A stretch of 63,527 nucleotides of DNA, counting the filler, from Reticulomyxa filosa (taxonomy: Eukaryota; Protista; Foraminifera), in NCBI GenBank assembly GCA_000512085.1. It is 17 parts of 17 records of this genome, joined end to end, with 100 filler letters (N's around TTAATTAATTAA, not from the genome) between each part and the next. Parts side by side here need not be neighbours in the genome. Positions count along the whole stretch, not along the records: positions 34,437 to 38,122 come from ASPP01015629.1; positions 38,223 to 46,965 come from ASPP01004124.1; positions 47,066 to 50,182 come from ASPP01032783.1; 14 more parts are not named here. One strand, 5' to 3'. The position numbers were made by a program, and so were the translations under genes. Every line of letters begins with the position of its first letter. Position 1 is the first letter of the stretch. Positions 36,236-48,201 of the stretch are shown piece after piece. Below the pieces are notes generated by a model. That model saw only the letters and a list, made by a program, of their open reading frames with translations, searched no databases and was not told the DNA's origin.

Positions 36236-36562
36236 ATGATATTAGCTAAAAAAAGTTGTATTCCTTGTAAAGGTGGAATTCCTCCGCTTACTAAAAAGGA
36301 AGTTGCTATTTTCAAAAAAGAAATATCCAAAGATTGGAAAATCAATACTAAGGGTCATTTGTATAATTTCATTGTTTTTAAGGATTTTATTTCAGCTATG
36401 AATTTTGCCAATAAAATTGCGCAGATAGCTGAAAATGAAAATCATCATCCGGATTTGCGAATTGCGTGGGGTAAATGCGAGATAGAAATATGGACTCATA
36501 AAATTTCAGGACTTACTGAAAGCGATTTTATCCTTGCAGCTAAAATTGATAACCTAAGATAA
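36236..36562 (+). CDS. phhB: Pterin-4-alpha-carbinolamine dehydratase
   Basis: CIPCKGG, FKDFISAMNFANKIAQIAENENHHPDL and IWTHKISGLTESDFILAAKID. Confidence 0.93.
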   Translation: MILAKKSCIPCKGGIPPLTKKEVAIFKKEISKDWKINTKGHLYNFIVFKDFISAMNFANKIAQIAENENHHPDLRIAWGKCEIEIWTHKISGLTESDFILAAKIDNLR

Positions 36563-36685
36563 AAGCTACTTATTTAATAAAATTCATTTATTTCAATCCC
36601 TTACCCTGCAATTTGCTGCAATATATTTTTTTTGACATAATACCGAATCGACTATATTAGTTAGACTTGAACGTTAGGAGCTTAT

Positions 36686-37239
36686 ATGAAACAAGTATTA
36701 TTGCACGATAACAACACTGCTTATAAGTTAGATTCACTTAAATTGGTTCTAGGGGTTGTATTATTATTCTCATGTGCAAGTTCAGCATCCCATTATATCC
36801 CGTTCCAATTACATTACAAACCATGGCAGTTTTATTAATAGGCTTGACTTACAATTATAAATTGGCAATGCAAACAGTTATCTCATATATAATTGCTGGG
36901 GCGTTAGGAATGCCTGTTTTTACTGGGTTCTCCGGGGGGTTACCAGTTGTTTTAGGTCCAACAGGCGGGTATATTCTCGGCTTTATTTTCTGTATAACGA
37001 TCATGCATATACTAAAGCAAAAATTTAATAGTGACTCATTATTTAAAAATCTGATGATTTGTTTAGTTGGTAGCGCAGCAATATTTGCAGTTGGTCTACC
37101 ATGGTTATCACTTTATGTTGGCATAGAAAAAGCTGTAGAATTTGGCTTTATATCATTTATCATCCCTGGTTTAGTTAAAGCAGTCATTTTAGTAATGATT
37201 CTCCATGCTATAGGCTATTTGAAATTAGCTAGTACATGA
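36686..37239 (+). CDS. bioY: Biotin transporter BioY (one frameshift near 36775)
   Basis: PVPITLQT, GALGMPVFTG and GPTGGYILGF. An AGGAG RBS precedes ATG 36686, whose frame differs from that of the 36772 ORF. Confidence 0.9.
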
Positions 37240-37643
37240 TTTCTTTTAGACCGCATCATTTCTTATGCACTTTAGGTTTTAAAGGAAAGGGTTATTTTAA
37301 CACCTTTGTTAAAAACTATTCTTCTATAAAGCAGGAGTTGTTAAATGATGAAATAACCTAATAAAGGTTGTGTTCAGTGATGATGCGATTTGTGGTAAAT
37401 GTCCAAATCTACAAGAGCCTAACTTATGTAATTTTCAAAGCAAGATTTGATCACCTAGATCAGCAACATGCAGCGGCTTTAGATTTAAAAAATGGAGCCA
37501 TGTTAAGTTGGAAGCAAGCTAAACAATTAATTAAAAAGCATATCAGTGTTGAAAAATTTCATAAAATTTGTAATCCATGCGAATGGAAAAAGATGGGTGT
37601 GTGCGAACAGGCTTTAAAAGAGCTTATACAATGTGAAGAATAA
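37236..37643 (+). pseudogene. DUF1284-family protein with two frameshifts
   Basis: MISFRPHHFLCTLGFKGKGY, DDAICGKCP and ICNPCEWKKMGVC lie in different frames. ATGA overlap with the bioY stop. Confidence 0.75.
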
Positions 37644-37676
37644 AAAAAGGGGTGAGATAATCTCACCCCTTTTTTT
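37642..37676. terminator. Bidirectional rho-independent terminator
   Basis: A7-GGGGTGAGA-TAA-TCTCACCCC-T7 between convergent ORFs. Confidence 0.9.
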
Positions 37677-37691
37677 ATCTTATATTATTAT

Positions 37692-37904
37692 TTAAATCTC
37701 AGCGCATTCGTAATTAAGATTTGCAACGTAATTAGATACTTCAATTTCATCAATTGTTTCTTCAGCATGTGTATTAATGTATGCTTTTACAGCGTCCCAG
37801 CATTTCGCATATGTATCTAAACAAATTTGATTTTTTGCAGGCATACTGAAAAATTGATAAATTTCCTCATCACTAGCAAATTTTGATTTTTTGCTATCAT
37901 CCAA
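37692..37904 (-). CDS. Small hypothetical protein (bacterial contig)
   Basis: 70-aa ORF ending just before the terminator; start uncertain. Confidence 0.4.
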   Translation of the reverse strand: MDDSKKSKFASDEEIYQFFSMPAKNQICLDTYAKCWDAVKAYINTHAEETIDEIEVSNYVANLNYECAEI

Positions 37905-38222
37905 AAAAGTTTCTGTTCTAAAAGTAGATTCGCTTGAATGAGAAGCGTAATTTAGTGTCTTAAAAGTGGTACATACTTACAGAAATACAGCGTAAAGCTT
38001 TAAAATTTGTAAATGAACAGCAGATTGAAGCTTTAGAAATTTGGGGGATAGAAAATGCAGTATCAGCATTGAATTATAATAGTATGAAATTATTAGAAAG
38101 TTTGGATGAGTGTATGTTAATANNNNNNNNNNNNNNNNNNNNNNNNNNNNNNNNNNNNNNNNNNNNTTAATTAATTAANNNNNNNNNNNNNNNNNNNNNN
38201 NNNNNNNNNNNNNNNNNNNNNN

Positions 38223-40915
38223 CAAAATAAGCAGAGGCTTGTCCACTCGATGATAGTCAGCTGCAAGTACTGTCGTCCAAATTCGACACAGTCATTGTTC
38301 GAAGAAGAAGAAGAAAAAGAAGAAGGAAGATCACATTTTGTTACATTCGGGCGAACTACAGCGACATGAACAAATTATCGTCGAGAAAAAAGTGCGCTCC
38401 GACATTACATTGAGCCAATCGCAAGATTTGAACTCAACTATCCACATCGTCGAAAATGGACGATATGGTCAGACGCGCGTGCGTGCGCCCGCCGCTGAAT
38501 ATCCTCCACTCGAATGTGCCGCTTGAAAACCCATCTGCGACGCAGAAAGCATCAGCTGTGAAATTCAGTGATAGAATCATTCTCGACACTGGCGATATTG
38601 ACAAGGTTGTATTTGTGAGGGGGGGGGTCGGTCAGCTTTGACGACAGAGAAATGTTTATATTTTGAAGTAAGGATCTATGGCCTTTGATGTGATCAATTT
38701 GAGCACGTACACGTACTTTGAAGAGCAGGTGGGATTCAAATGGACACAACAGTAACGTGTGTGTGTGTGTGTGTGGAGAAAAGTGTTTTTTATGGAAAAA
38801 CACATTTTTTGGATAACAAGTGAATTTCGAGTGCAGTTGGACAATTGGCATTACAATGCTAACAACGGCACTGTGAACAATAAGATTTACTTTGTCGCCA
38901 AGCAAAAGTCGCGGATTCTTTGCTCAACTAGCAGGGGACTTGAAGGCATATCAAGCATTCTGATCCCTCAACACAATGCTTATATGGAGTCGAGAGAAAG
39001 CGAAAGGATGAACAAGCGCAAGAGATAAGTTATAGCGAACAAAAAGAAGAGCAGAAAATGAACCAACGAGCATTGGAAGAGGCAATGAACACAACATTTG
39101 TGAAGCCAAAAAAAAAGATGTAGAAGACAAGATATACTTTGAGCCAATTGCGATGTTTGCATTAAAAATCAAAGTGAAAACGACGAAACCATTTCAAAAC
39201 ATAAATACAAATGCAAACATAAAAAAATGCACGGAATAACAATGGCTTGACAATGAATGACGGCGACAAATTGTTTGTCAAAGTGTTCTTCAAAGTCCCA
39301 ATCTTATCCAAAATATTTCTGTCCAGTGTTTTGCTAGCTGAAAAAGATTATTGTGCGTATAATACATAAGCATAAACATAAACATAAATATATTTGTATT
39401 TGTATATGTGTATGTGTGTATACTCTTGCTTTTTTTTTAGTTTATTTTAAAAAAGCAAGTGTTGATTGCTGGCGTGACACACTATTTTCGACATACTCTG
39501 CCTATGAAGACAGAGCCATTGGAGACAAGGCAGCCCCAATAAATAACAGCTAGTCTCTAATCGAAGAACTTGGCTCCAATGTTGAAAATCAGACTCCAAA
39601 TGTCTCTAAATATGATATATCATTTGACTCCAGAAACAGAAAGAAGTGTAAAATCATTATTTACTTGCCATCGGAACAGAATGCCGCGACGCTGAAACTA
39701 ATGGCTAACCAGGTACACATTGTCCTCAAATCTCAATGCTATGAGCATCTAGATATCTTTTGGTCAATTCATGTGGATGTTGATACGGACAACATCAAGT
39801 CCGTTTTTGCAAAAAAATGAAGCATTGGTGTTGAGATGTATGTCACAACAACAAAGCATCTCAAAATTATCATCAATGTTGTCTATTTCCAACACAATTA
39901 AAAATGATTTCGTATTATCATATTCTAGCAAAAAAACCTTCCACAAAAAAATAATTTTTTCCGATAAAAAGTTTGATTCACATAATTGGTGATATTATGT
40001 ATATTTCATTTATGTGTGCAATCAATCAAAAAAATATATAAAAAAAAAAACATATAAAATTAATTTCTATTGACTACAATCAATTTTGATGGAAAAGGAA
40101 TATATTTAAGATTTTCCAAGTGCAAACAGCTTTGTTGTCGATACTTAAGGATCAACAAAACCCCCCTTTTCTTTTTCAAAGAAAAACATCAGAAATAAGA
40201 TCCAGTCCTCCATACAATTTTTTAAGTTTCCCAACCCCAGATGAGAAGCATTTTCAAAAACTTATTGGAAGATTGTATCTCCTCTTTAATCCTTCAAAAA
40301 GTAAAGATGACGACACAGAGAGCTTCAGTGAGAATGAGCCAGAGCAAACACCCTCTGAAGTGTCCAGGAACACTTGCGAATGGCCCGTGAAGTAGCAATA
40401 GATAAGGAGAATTTGGGCCATTTGAATCACCATAAGACGTTTTACATATGCGACATGACGGCAATCTTCAGCATTGGATGGTTGTTAAAAAGAAGTCATT
40501 TGTTGTATGCTGCGAAAACGGCGGATTGCCGTCACATAACACTTTGCCGTCACTTCAGTTTTTCAAATTACACATCCATCATCCCAATTTGTTTGGACAC
40601 TATCAAGTCGATAATGCTTCATACGGATACCAATATCGTGGGTACTGGTGGATCGTCGAACAAGGGTTCCCACCGTAAGTTTTTTTGAACTTCAAAAAAA
40701 GCAATGCAACGATATTGGAAGGCATATTTGTGGATTCCGTTCCTGGACACGACTTTTTGATCAAAGATGTACAGCAAATCCGAATTTGATTTTCGAGGGA
40801 AGCATTCGGCAAAAACGTTGTCACCACGGATGAACAGATATTTGAAAAATTTCGGGACGGTCTCGTTTTTGCCAAAGAAAAAGGGAAACATTGTTTTAGA
40901 GATGGTCCGACTATA
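38223..40915 (+). pseudogene. Fragmented intron-containing eukaryotic gene of unknown family
   Basis: Alternating GC-richer exon-like blocks and A/T-run introns, with frames broken by stops and shifts. No domain recognised. Confidence 0.3.
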
Positions 40916-41169
40916 GCTTTTTTTTAAAAAAATAACGAATACTATTGTTATACGTATTCTTTTTTTCATTTCTCTTACATGATGCTCGAGATCTTTTTTG
41001 CCAACAGTAGCAAGAATCAATTCCTTTCGCAGTCTAACGCGCTTTTTTTTTTTTAAATATTAAAGTTCAGAATTTTTTTAATAAAAGATTTCAGATGAGC
41101 TAGAGATTAAAATTTTATAAAAGAAAAACCAAAAAAAAATACAATTCACACAAAAAGGCAAATTTTTCA

Positions 41170-44100
41170 ATCAAAATGTGAGACCAGCGTTAAATACTTG
41201 AGATCAAATATGCCACAAATTTGGTGTTGATTGCACTTTGCTTCACTCTTGCTTGACACCGCAACCACTACATAGACTTTCCAATTTCTTGATAGGCAGA
41301 TATTGTATTCTTTGGAGACCTATGTTATATACTTGTGTATTGTCATACATATTTCAATCACATTACAAAAAACATTATAACTTGGAATATTGATTGCGCA
41401 TTCACGATAATAACTAGCTCACTGCTTTCAATCCGTCATGAGCCACATAACACGATATGGACATCCAATTTTTTTTTTCAAAGCATAATAACATGATCCA
41501 TATTGATACACTCATCATTAAAGATATTTGTTCAATGCTGAACAAATACATTTATTGAAGAAATGATAGATGCGTGCGTTGTAGTGCGGCTTCCATAATT
41601 TGACGAGATATTAGATTTCCATCTGCAACAATTCGATCATGAGATTGCCGCTTTCGCTTTCATGTATGCGACCATCGATATTGCTGTGGTTGCTGTTACA
41701 ATTGCCATACCGATGGGAACTCGTTGCAGCACCAATGATAATATGAACAAAAAAAAAAGTGTCCATTCGCATTCCAAAATTTCGTTGATACGCCTTGGAA
41801 TATCTATTAAAATATTTTAAGCAACACATATCACATACATAAAAATAGATAACCAATATACGTATATAGATGTTGTGTTTGCTATTAGTTATTGAATATG
41901 TACATATTAAAAAAAAGTGTACATAAAAAACTTTTTTAAGCAATGATCCAACCACAATTACAACGACAAGTACATGAACCTGGAATAAGCGAACATAAAT
42001 GACTAATCAAACACTGTGATGGGTTCAACTGCTGATATAAAATGTTATTCATTATCCACCCAGCAGGGCCCAGCACCATCAATACATTGCCAATATCACA
42101 ATATTTTCTTGATTTGCTAAATAATGGAGTGATCTTTGAATTGTCCATCCAATTGTAGACTTTACTTTTTTTGACAAATGTGTAACAACATCCGCTTTTC
42201 CGTGCGCACAAATTAAATCGTTGAATACAGGTATCAAAATATTGGCGAGCACAATATCGGCTCAATGTGTTAACAATTGGCAAAAGAGTAAACGGGAACC
42301 TGGACTGCGTTTCGTCGTCGCCATCACAAGCATTACTGGTGCTGTGTTTGACATTGTTACATCAGTCAAGAAGCTTCCTTTGGGGACGCAATATGTAAAA
42401 TTAGTCCATGCATAAGGTCGTGCAAGACCGCCACTCGTATGTGTGAAGAGCTATTTCGTAACGAAAGTGAAGTTGACATAATATCTTTTTTACTTTCTAA
42501 AACAAATCTGATGTCATCCACACTCTTCCTATCTTCATTCTATTGTTTGCTTGTGATATCGGCTTGAAGTTTCGCAGAAATCATTCACCAAATTGAGTCA
42601 CAATATCGGAAGAACAGTCGCATGCGAAAGTGTGCGCACTCGATCGCCATATCGATATCATTTTGCACGATATTATTACGTATTTTTTCTTCTTGGCAAA
42701 TTTGCCTTCGTAATCGAACAGCAGCAAGATCCAAATCGTCGGCGATTGAACTGTGAGAATTTTGTTGCAACGATTCCAATTGCATACCGAATTCACTCGT
42801 TCTCGTCGCCCTTGTGATAGAAGACATACTTTGGCCTTGGCCAATGGCCGTGATTGGAAATTCTCGCGTCCATTCGATAATTTTTGTGTTGATGATACGA
42901 TGATTGAGGATACCTTTTTTTTTTGACGTATTCGATGTTATTTTCCTTTCTTGCTTTCTTGAGTGTCATCCAACCCGTCGTCTGTGGTCAATAGTCGCTC
43001 CAGGAGGCAGTTCGGTCAAGATAGAATGGTTTGTTCCACAAATGCAAGGCAAGCCACTCTTGCAGTGATGAAGTTAAAAAATACAATAAGCTTTCACCAA
43101 TTATCAATGACCAATGCCGCCTACGAACTTACCATTCCTCCCATCAGCACGCGCATGATTCAAAATCTAACATTTGCGCATGTGTGTATGTATACAATTA
43201 GTTTCATTTGTTGTTTTGAGTTTACAAAATCAACGCGCCATTTCCATTACGACCAAGTTTCCATTGTTCGTTCTTTGGCACCAGTCGCTCGCAGTTCGAC
43301 ACGATCTTTGAGGCTAATTGTCGGCTTGGCACAGCGCCAGAGACTTGTGTCTGTTTACGTTGATCATAAACAAGTTCTTTGCAATACTTCGGGCTACCGC
43401 TGCTAGACATTGCCATATTTGTTTGATGCTTTCCATTGGGAGGGGGGGCGCTATGGGGAGTACGTATCGAATCACGCAAAATCGCCACTCGCAGAGTAAG
43501 ATTAAAAGAGCAAATCAATTACCAATTTCAATAAAGTCGGTCAACTTCTTTATTTTTTTTTTTCCTTTAAACAAATCTAACTTGATCCAACTTGATATTA
43601 TCTTTCTTCTCTTCATCACTATCATACTCTTTCTATTCTTTCTTGCCAGTGTCTTGGAATTTTAGTACAGTTAAATTGAGCCATTCTTACATAGGGCGAT
43701 TCTCTCGATGTCATGGTTGCTCTATCGCAATGTCCATTATGTTTTTGTCATGTTCACGTTCTTTCCTTCTTCGTCTTCCACTTCTTGCGTTCTTGATTGC
43801 TACCCAACACGTCGCCAGCAGGTCATAGTTGGTCCCGGAGGCAGTTCTGTAAAGATGACAGGCGTTTGTTCGACAAACGCATAAAACTCTTGCAACGACG
43901 AACTTGAAAAATACAACTAGCTTTTTTTCTTTCTTCACCGATTAACAATGTCCAATGCTTCATTAGTTCAAGTTTTCTCCCGTCAGTATACGCACGATCC
44001 AAAACACAAAGTTACGAATGTGCGCACGACCAGTTTTGACATAAGTGCTCAATCTATGCGTTATCAAAAGTAGAGCGGTTTTCATAACGACTAAGCATTT

Positions 44101-45650
44101 ACTGTTCATTGGCGCATAAAGATCGCTGTTCGACACCTCATTTGGTGCTGTGCGCACCAATCATTAATCGTAGAAATTTTTGTGACATGTGTTGATGCAA
44201 ACACTCTTTACAATGCTTCGAACTGCCACTGCTTGAATTTCCAATTGTTTAAAGTTTTCTATTGATGCACGATACGTGAAGTTGATCCACGCCCGTGAAT
44301 GGCGATTTTGCGCGTTTCTAGGTGTGAAGGACAATTCTATAACAAAACTCAACAAAGTCATCTAACTGGTTATTTAAAATAAAAGAAAAAATTCAAAGAG
44401 CTACTTACCATTTTTTTTTCTTTTCTTCATCCCACTCCTCATCACAACCATTTTCTTCTGCTTGCTGCTGTGTTGACGAAGTTTCACACCTCCACTAAAT
44501 GAACAATTATCACATGAACAATTCCCCCGATGTGTTGGTGGTTTTCTCGATCGCTTTGAGTATGCATTTTTTAATCAAGTCCTTGATTTCCACTCCTTTC
44601 TTCATCTCCTTCCCTTCTTCTCTACCACCATTACGACACCATCTTTTCTACTTTGCGCATTCACAGCTTTTTTCTTTTTTTTCTACTTAATGAGCTTGCT
44701 TTTGTTGGCGACACCAAGACATCGATTGTCCGTGATCTAGGAACATTTGATCATGATAGCTGATTGACTTCACCATCGAGTTTGTGCTAGTATTTCCAGT
44801 ATACCCAAAGTTCAATTGACGATTTGACGATTGAAATAGTACCATTCTTATGTATTTTTTTCCATTCTTGGGCTATTATCTACATATGCACGATCCAAAC
44901 TCCAAAGATGTGAATGAGCGCACGCATACGACAAAGTTCTTGTTTCATAAAATTATTGCTATTTCTATAACAATTGATGTTGTTTTTTGACTCCTGCAGA
45001 TCGCAGTTAAGCGCATTCTTTGGCAATTTTCAAGTCAATAATTATTTGCATATGCTTGCATACCGATGATAGTGAGAAAACTTATCCCAATGCTTCGGGT
45101 TGCCAACGATATACATTGCAATACTAGTTCTTCATTTTTCACTGGAGCACGCTATGTGTAGAGTTAGCTCACGCCTGCGAGTGGAGACTTTGCGAATTTC
45201 TGAGACGAAGGATGGTTTCTATAACAAAAATCAGAAAGCATGCAGACAGTTGTTTTTTCATATAAAAAAAATTCCAAAGCGATTTAACTTTTGTATTTTC
45301 TATGTCCACCATCATCTGAGTCTTCTTCTTGCTAGCCGGTGTATTGGCTGATTTTCGCCCACCCTCCACAACTTCGCACGATATAACTCTTTTTTTTTCT
45401 TCTTGGCGTACGCACACTACGATTTCGATACTAATAGTCAGCGCTATTTCTTAACAGTCGATTTTCTCTTGTTCTTTGAGTTTGAAAATCTCACTTCGGC
45501 GTCATCTTTGCGGATAATTGTGGATTGTAGCATGCCAGAGACTTGTGTGCGCCTATATTGACGATCGCGTTTCTTATCATTTTCCTCCTAATATTCACTT
45601 CGACTTGGCAACATTTTGACGGAGCTTCACAACTCCTCCACTAAATTGAG
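41170..45650 (-). pseudogene. Long decayed coding-like region, family unknown
   Basis: Coding-like composition with short ORFs separated by frequent in-frame stops. Confidence 0.3.
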
Positions 45651-45659
45651 CCGATCTTC

Positions 45660-46480
45660 TCTTTTCTTTTTCTTATTTTCATTTCCACCCATTTTCCCCT
45701 TTTCAATCTTTATCTTTTTTATCTTTTTTTTATCTTTTTGCTCTTTTTTTTTTAAATTACCATTTTTTTTTCATTTTCCAACATTTATAATTTTTTTAAT
45801 TTTCTACTCTTTTTTATTTTTTTCATTTTCTTTTTTATTTTTCTCCATTAAAATTTTTTCTACATTTTTTCCATTAGTTTTTTGATTTTTTTTTCTAATC
45901 TTTTAAAACATTTCCCACTTTTCACTTACTTTTCCCCTATTGTTCAAATTTTTTTCCCATATTTTCCCAACCCTTTTCAAATCAATTTTCCCTATCAAAT
46001 TTAAATAAAAAATAAAAATAAATAAAACTTTCAACAATTGTCTTGCTCTTGATCCTATTTGATATCCATAAAGTAAATTTTTTCATTTTTTTTAAAAAAA
46101 CCACATACTTTATTTGGAGCTCAAAGCTCTCATTCCAATTTCCTACAAGTTTTTTTCTTTGCACATTGATGGAGGGGGGTAAACATTTATTCTTTTTTTT
46201 GGGTGGGGGCAGCCTATTCACAAACACAAGTATACGTTATTAAAAAAAATAAAAATAAAAATAAATAAACCTTTTAATTTTTTTTGAACACTGGTATGGC
46301 TTCAACCCGAAATTTTTCTTTGGAAGGAGGGAACGTATAATTTTTTTTTTTTGATGAAGGGCTGCAGCTGTGATCAAAAAAACACATAAAATCGTTATGT
46401 CAAAAAAAACTAAAAAAAATTATATAACAAACCGTGATTTCTCCTTGCGGAGACGGGGGGCTTTACCCCTTTTTCTTTTC
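45660..46480. repeat. Dispersed non-coding repeat, copy 1 (T-rich head plus G-rich blocks and terminal double hairpin)
   Basis: 46426-46459 matches 52917-52950 at 31/34 nt, and additional short blocks are shared. Outer boundaries are approximate. Confidence 0.6.
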
Positions 46481-47065
46481 TTTGTTGCAGGATGCAAAGC
46501 ATCCGAATAGAAAAGACATTTTTTTAAAGTGAACTGTTAAAAAGCAAACCACTTTCTTTTTAAGTTGAAAAATTATTAAAATAAAACAAAATAAAAAAGA
46601 GATACCAGTGGAAGAGGGTGAAATCACCCTAATGACGAGCTGGTACGACGAGAGACAACAACAAAAAAAAGACCTTTTTGTTTTTATTAAGACATAAATG
46701 GACAACTCATAAAAGTTTATTAAAAAGATATAAATTTGCGATTTTTTGGAATGTTTTCACGTTTTTGACAAAAAAATTTGAAAAAAAGGATTGTTAAAAT
46801 TTTTGTATTTCTACAAGTGTGATTCCAAAAAACGGATTAATTACAGAGAATTGAAAATTAAAATTGTTTTTTTTGAATGATTAATTATTTTTCCTTGAGT
46901 AATGATTTTTCTGTTGAAGAGAAAAAGTTTTCCCTTTCTAGAAAAAACTCTCTTGGATATTCAACNNNNNNNNNNNNNNNNNNNNNNNNNNNNNNNNNNN
47001 NNNNNNNNNTTAATTAATTAANNNNNNNNNNNNNNNNNNNNNNNNNNNNNNNNNNNNNNNNNNNN

Positions 47066-47987
47066 TGAGATCAAGAAAGTGTTGTGTTGGCTACTGTTGT
47101 TGGGAATTACTTTCGCAATATACACGATAATATCGCTTATTGATGTAGATTACAAATACTTGTCCTTATTTTTGGTATTTGAGCGTCTTTCAGCCGCTGT
47201 TTTGTATTGGGGACTTTGGATGTATTATGAGCATGACATATAGTGTATTCAAGTTAGAAAAATTGCTACGTTTTATGAAGAATTATTGTGGAGAAATTCG
47301 ACATTTGTCTTCTTTTGCACTATATGCTAATGATAAACAGAATGCAACACGACACAACTTGACAATTCAGCGTCAAATATTTAAACAAGCACCACCGAAA
47401 CAACACAATGACGAGAAAGATCATTACGAAAAATTTTTCAATCACTTGGGCCTAGAGGAATTTTTTTTAAGTGATATTCATTGATTGAAAGTATTTATGG
47501 TTTTTTTGTTTAGTGAATTTTGCCAAGAAAATTTGTTAGGTCAGCAACAAAGTAAAAAAACAACAAAAAAAAAATTATGGTCACAATGTTTTGTATTGAT
47601 CCATAAAAAAAGCAATTATTGAATTTACGCAATTTAAAAATTCTTTGGTGGTCAAAAATGAAAACGGTGAAGATATACACCATCATTTTGCCACCTGAAA
47701 TAGTGAAATCAGAAATTGTATTTGATACAGATTTGACACCCCGACAGAATTTTAAATTTCTCGTGGAAAAATACGTAGTTTCCAACGCCCCTTATTGCTT
47801 AAACCTATCGTACCAACAACAATCGCATATTTTGAGTAATTACAAAAAAAAAAGTGGGGAAGAGCTGTCGCTACAAGAAATGTGCAGCATGTTTGATTCT
47901 TGTCTTCGTGAGCTTTTGAGTTTGCTGCGCAACTCTTTTGGTCGATTTGCTCTTACTGACATGTACAAAAAAATGTGCACGCTTTAA
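47066..47987 (+). CDS. Membrane-anchored RGS-domain protein, 3' part
   Basis: Hydrophobic segments, then YEKFFNHL..EFCQENLL, EKYVVSNAPYCLNLS and FDSCLRELLSLLRNSFGRF (RGS helices). Confidence 0.75.
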
Positions 47988-48201
47988 GTTCAAAACTGGC
48001 TGTCATTATTTTTTTCTTCAGCTATGAAGCCTGTAAAACAACGTGTTTGATGTGTTGTTTGTTAATTATTTTTTTTTCTTGGGACAGATTAAATGGTTTT
48101 GTGAAAAGTATACATATCAACGACGACAGTTCAATTCCAAAAAACTGACAAAAATTGTATCTTGTACAAACAAACAATATAAACCCCATAACCAGAGTTG
48201 A

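Noticed and set aside
34437-38122. Bacterial genes as a horizontally acquired island in the eukaryote
   Set aside because: Bounded by spacers on both sides with no eukaryotic sequence on the same contig.
41500-42290. Faint resemblance of minus-strand fragments to a degenerate kinesin motor
   Set aside because: No P-loop or switch motifs are retained; similarity is too weak to support by eye.
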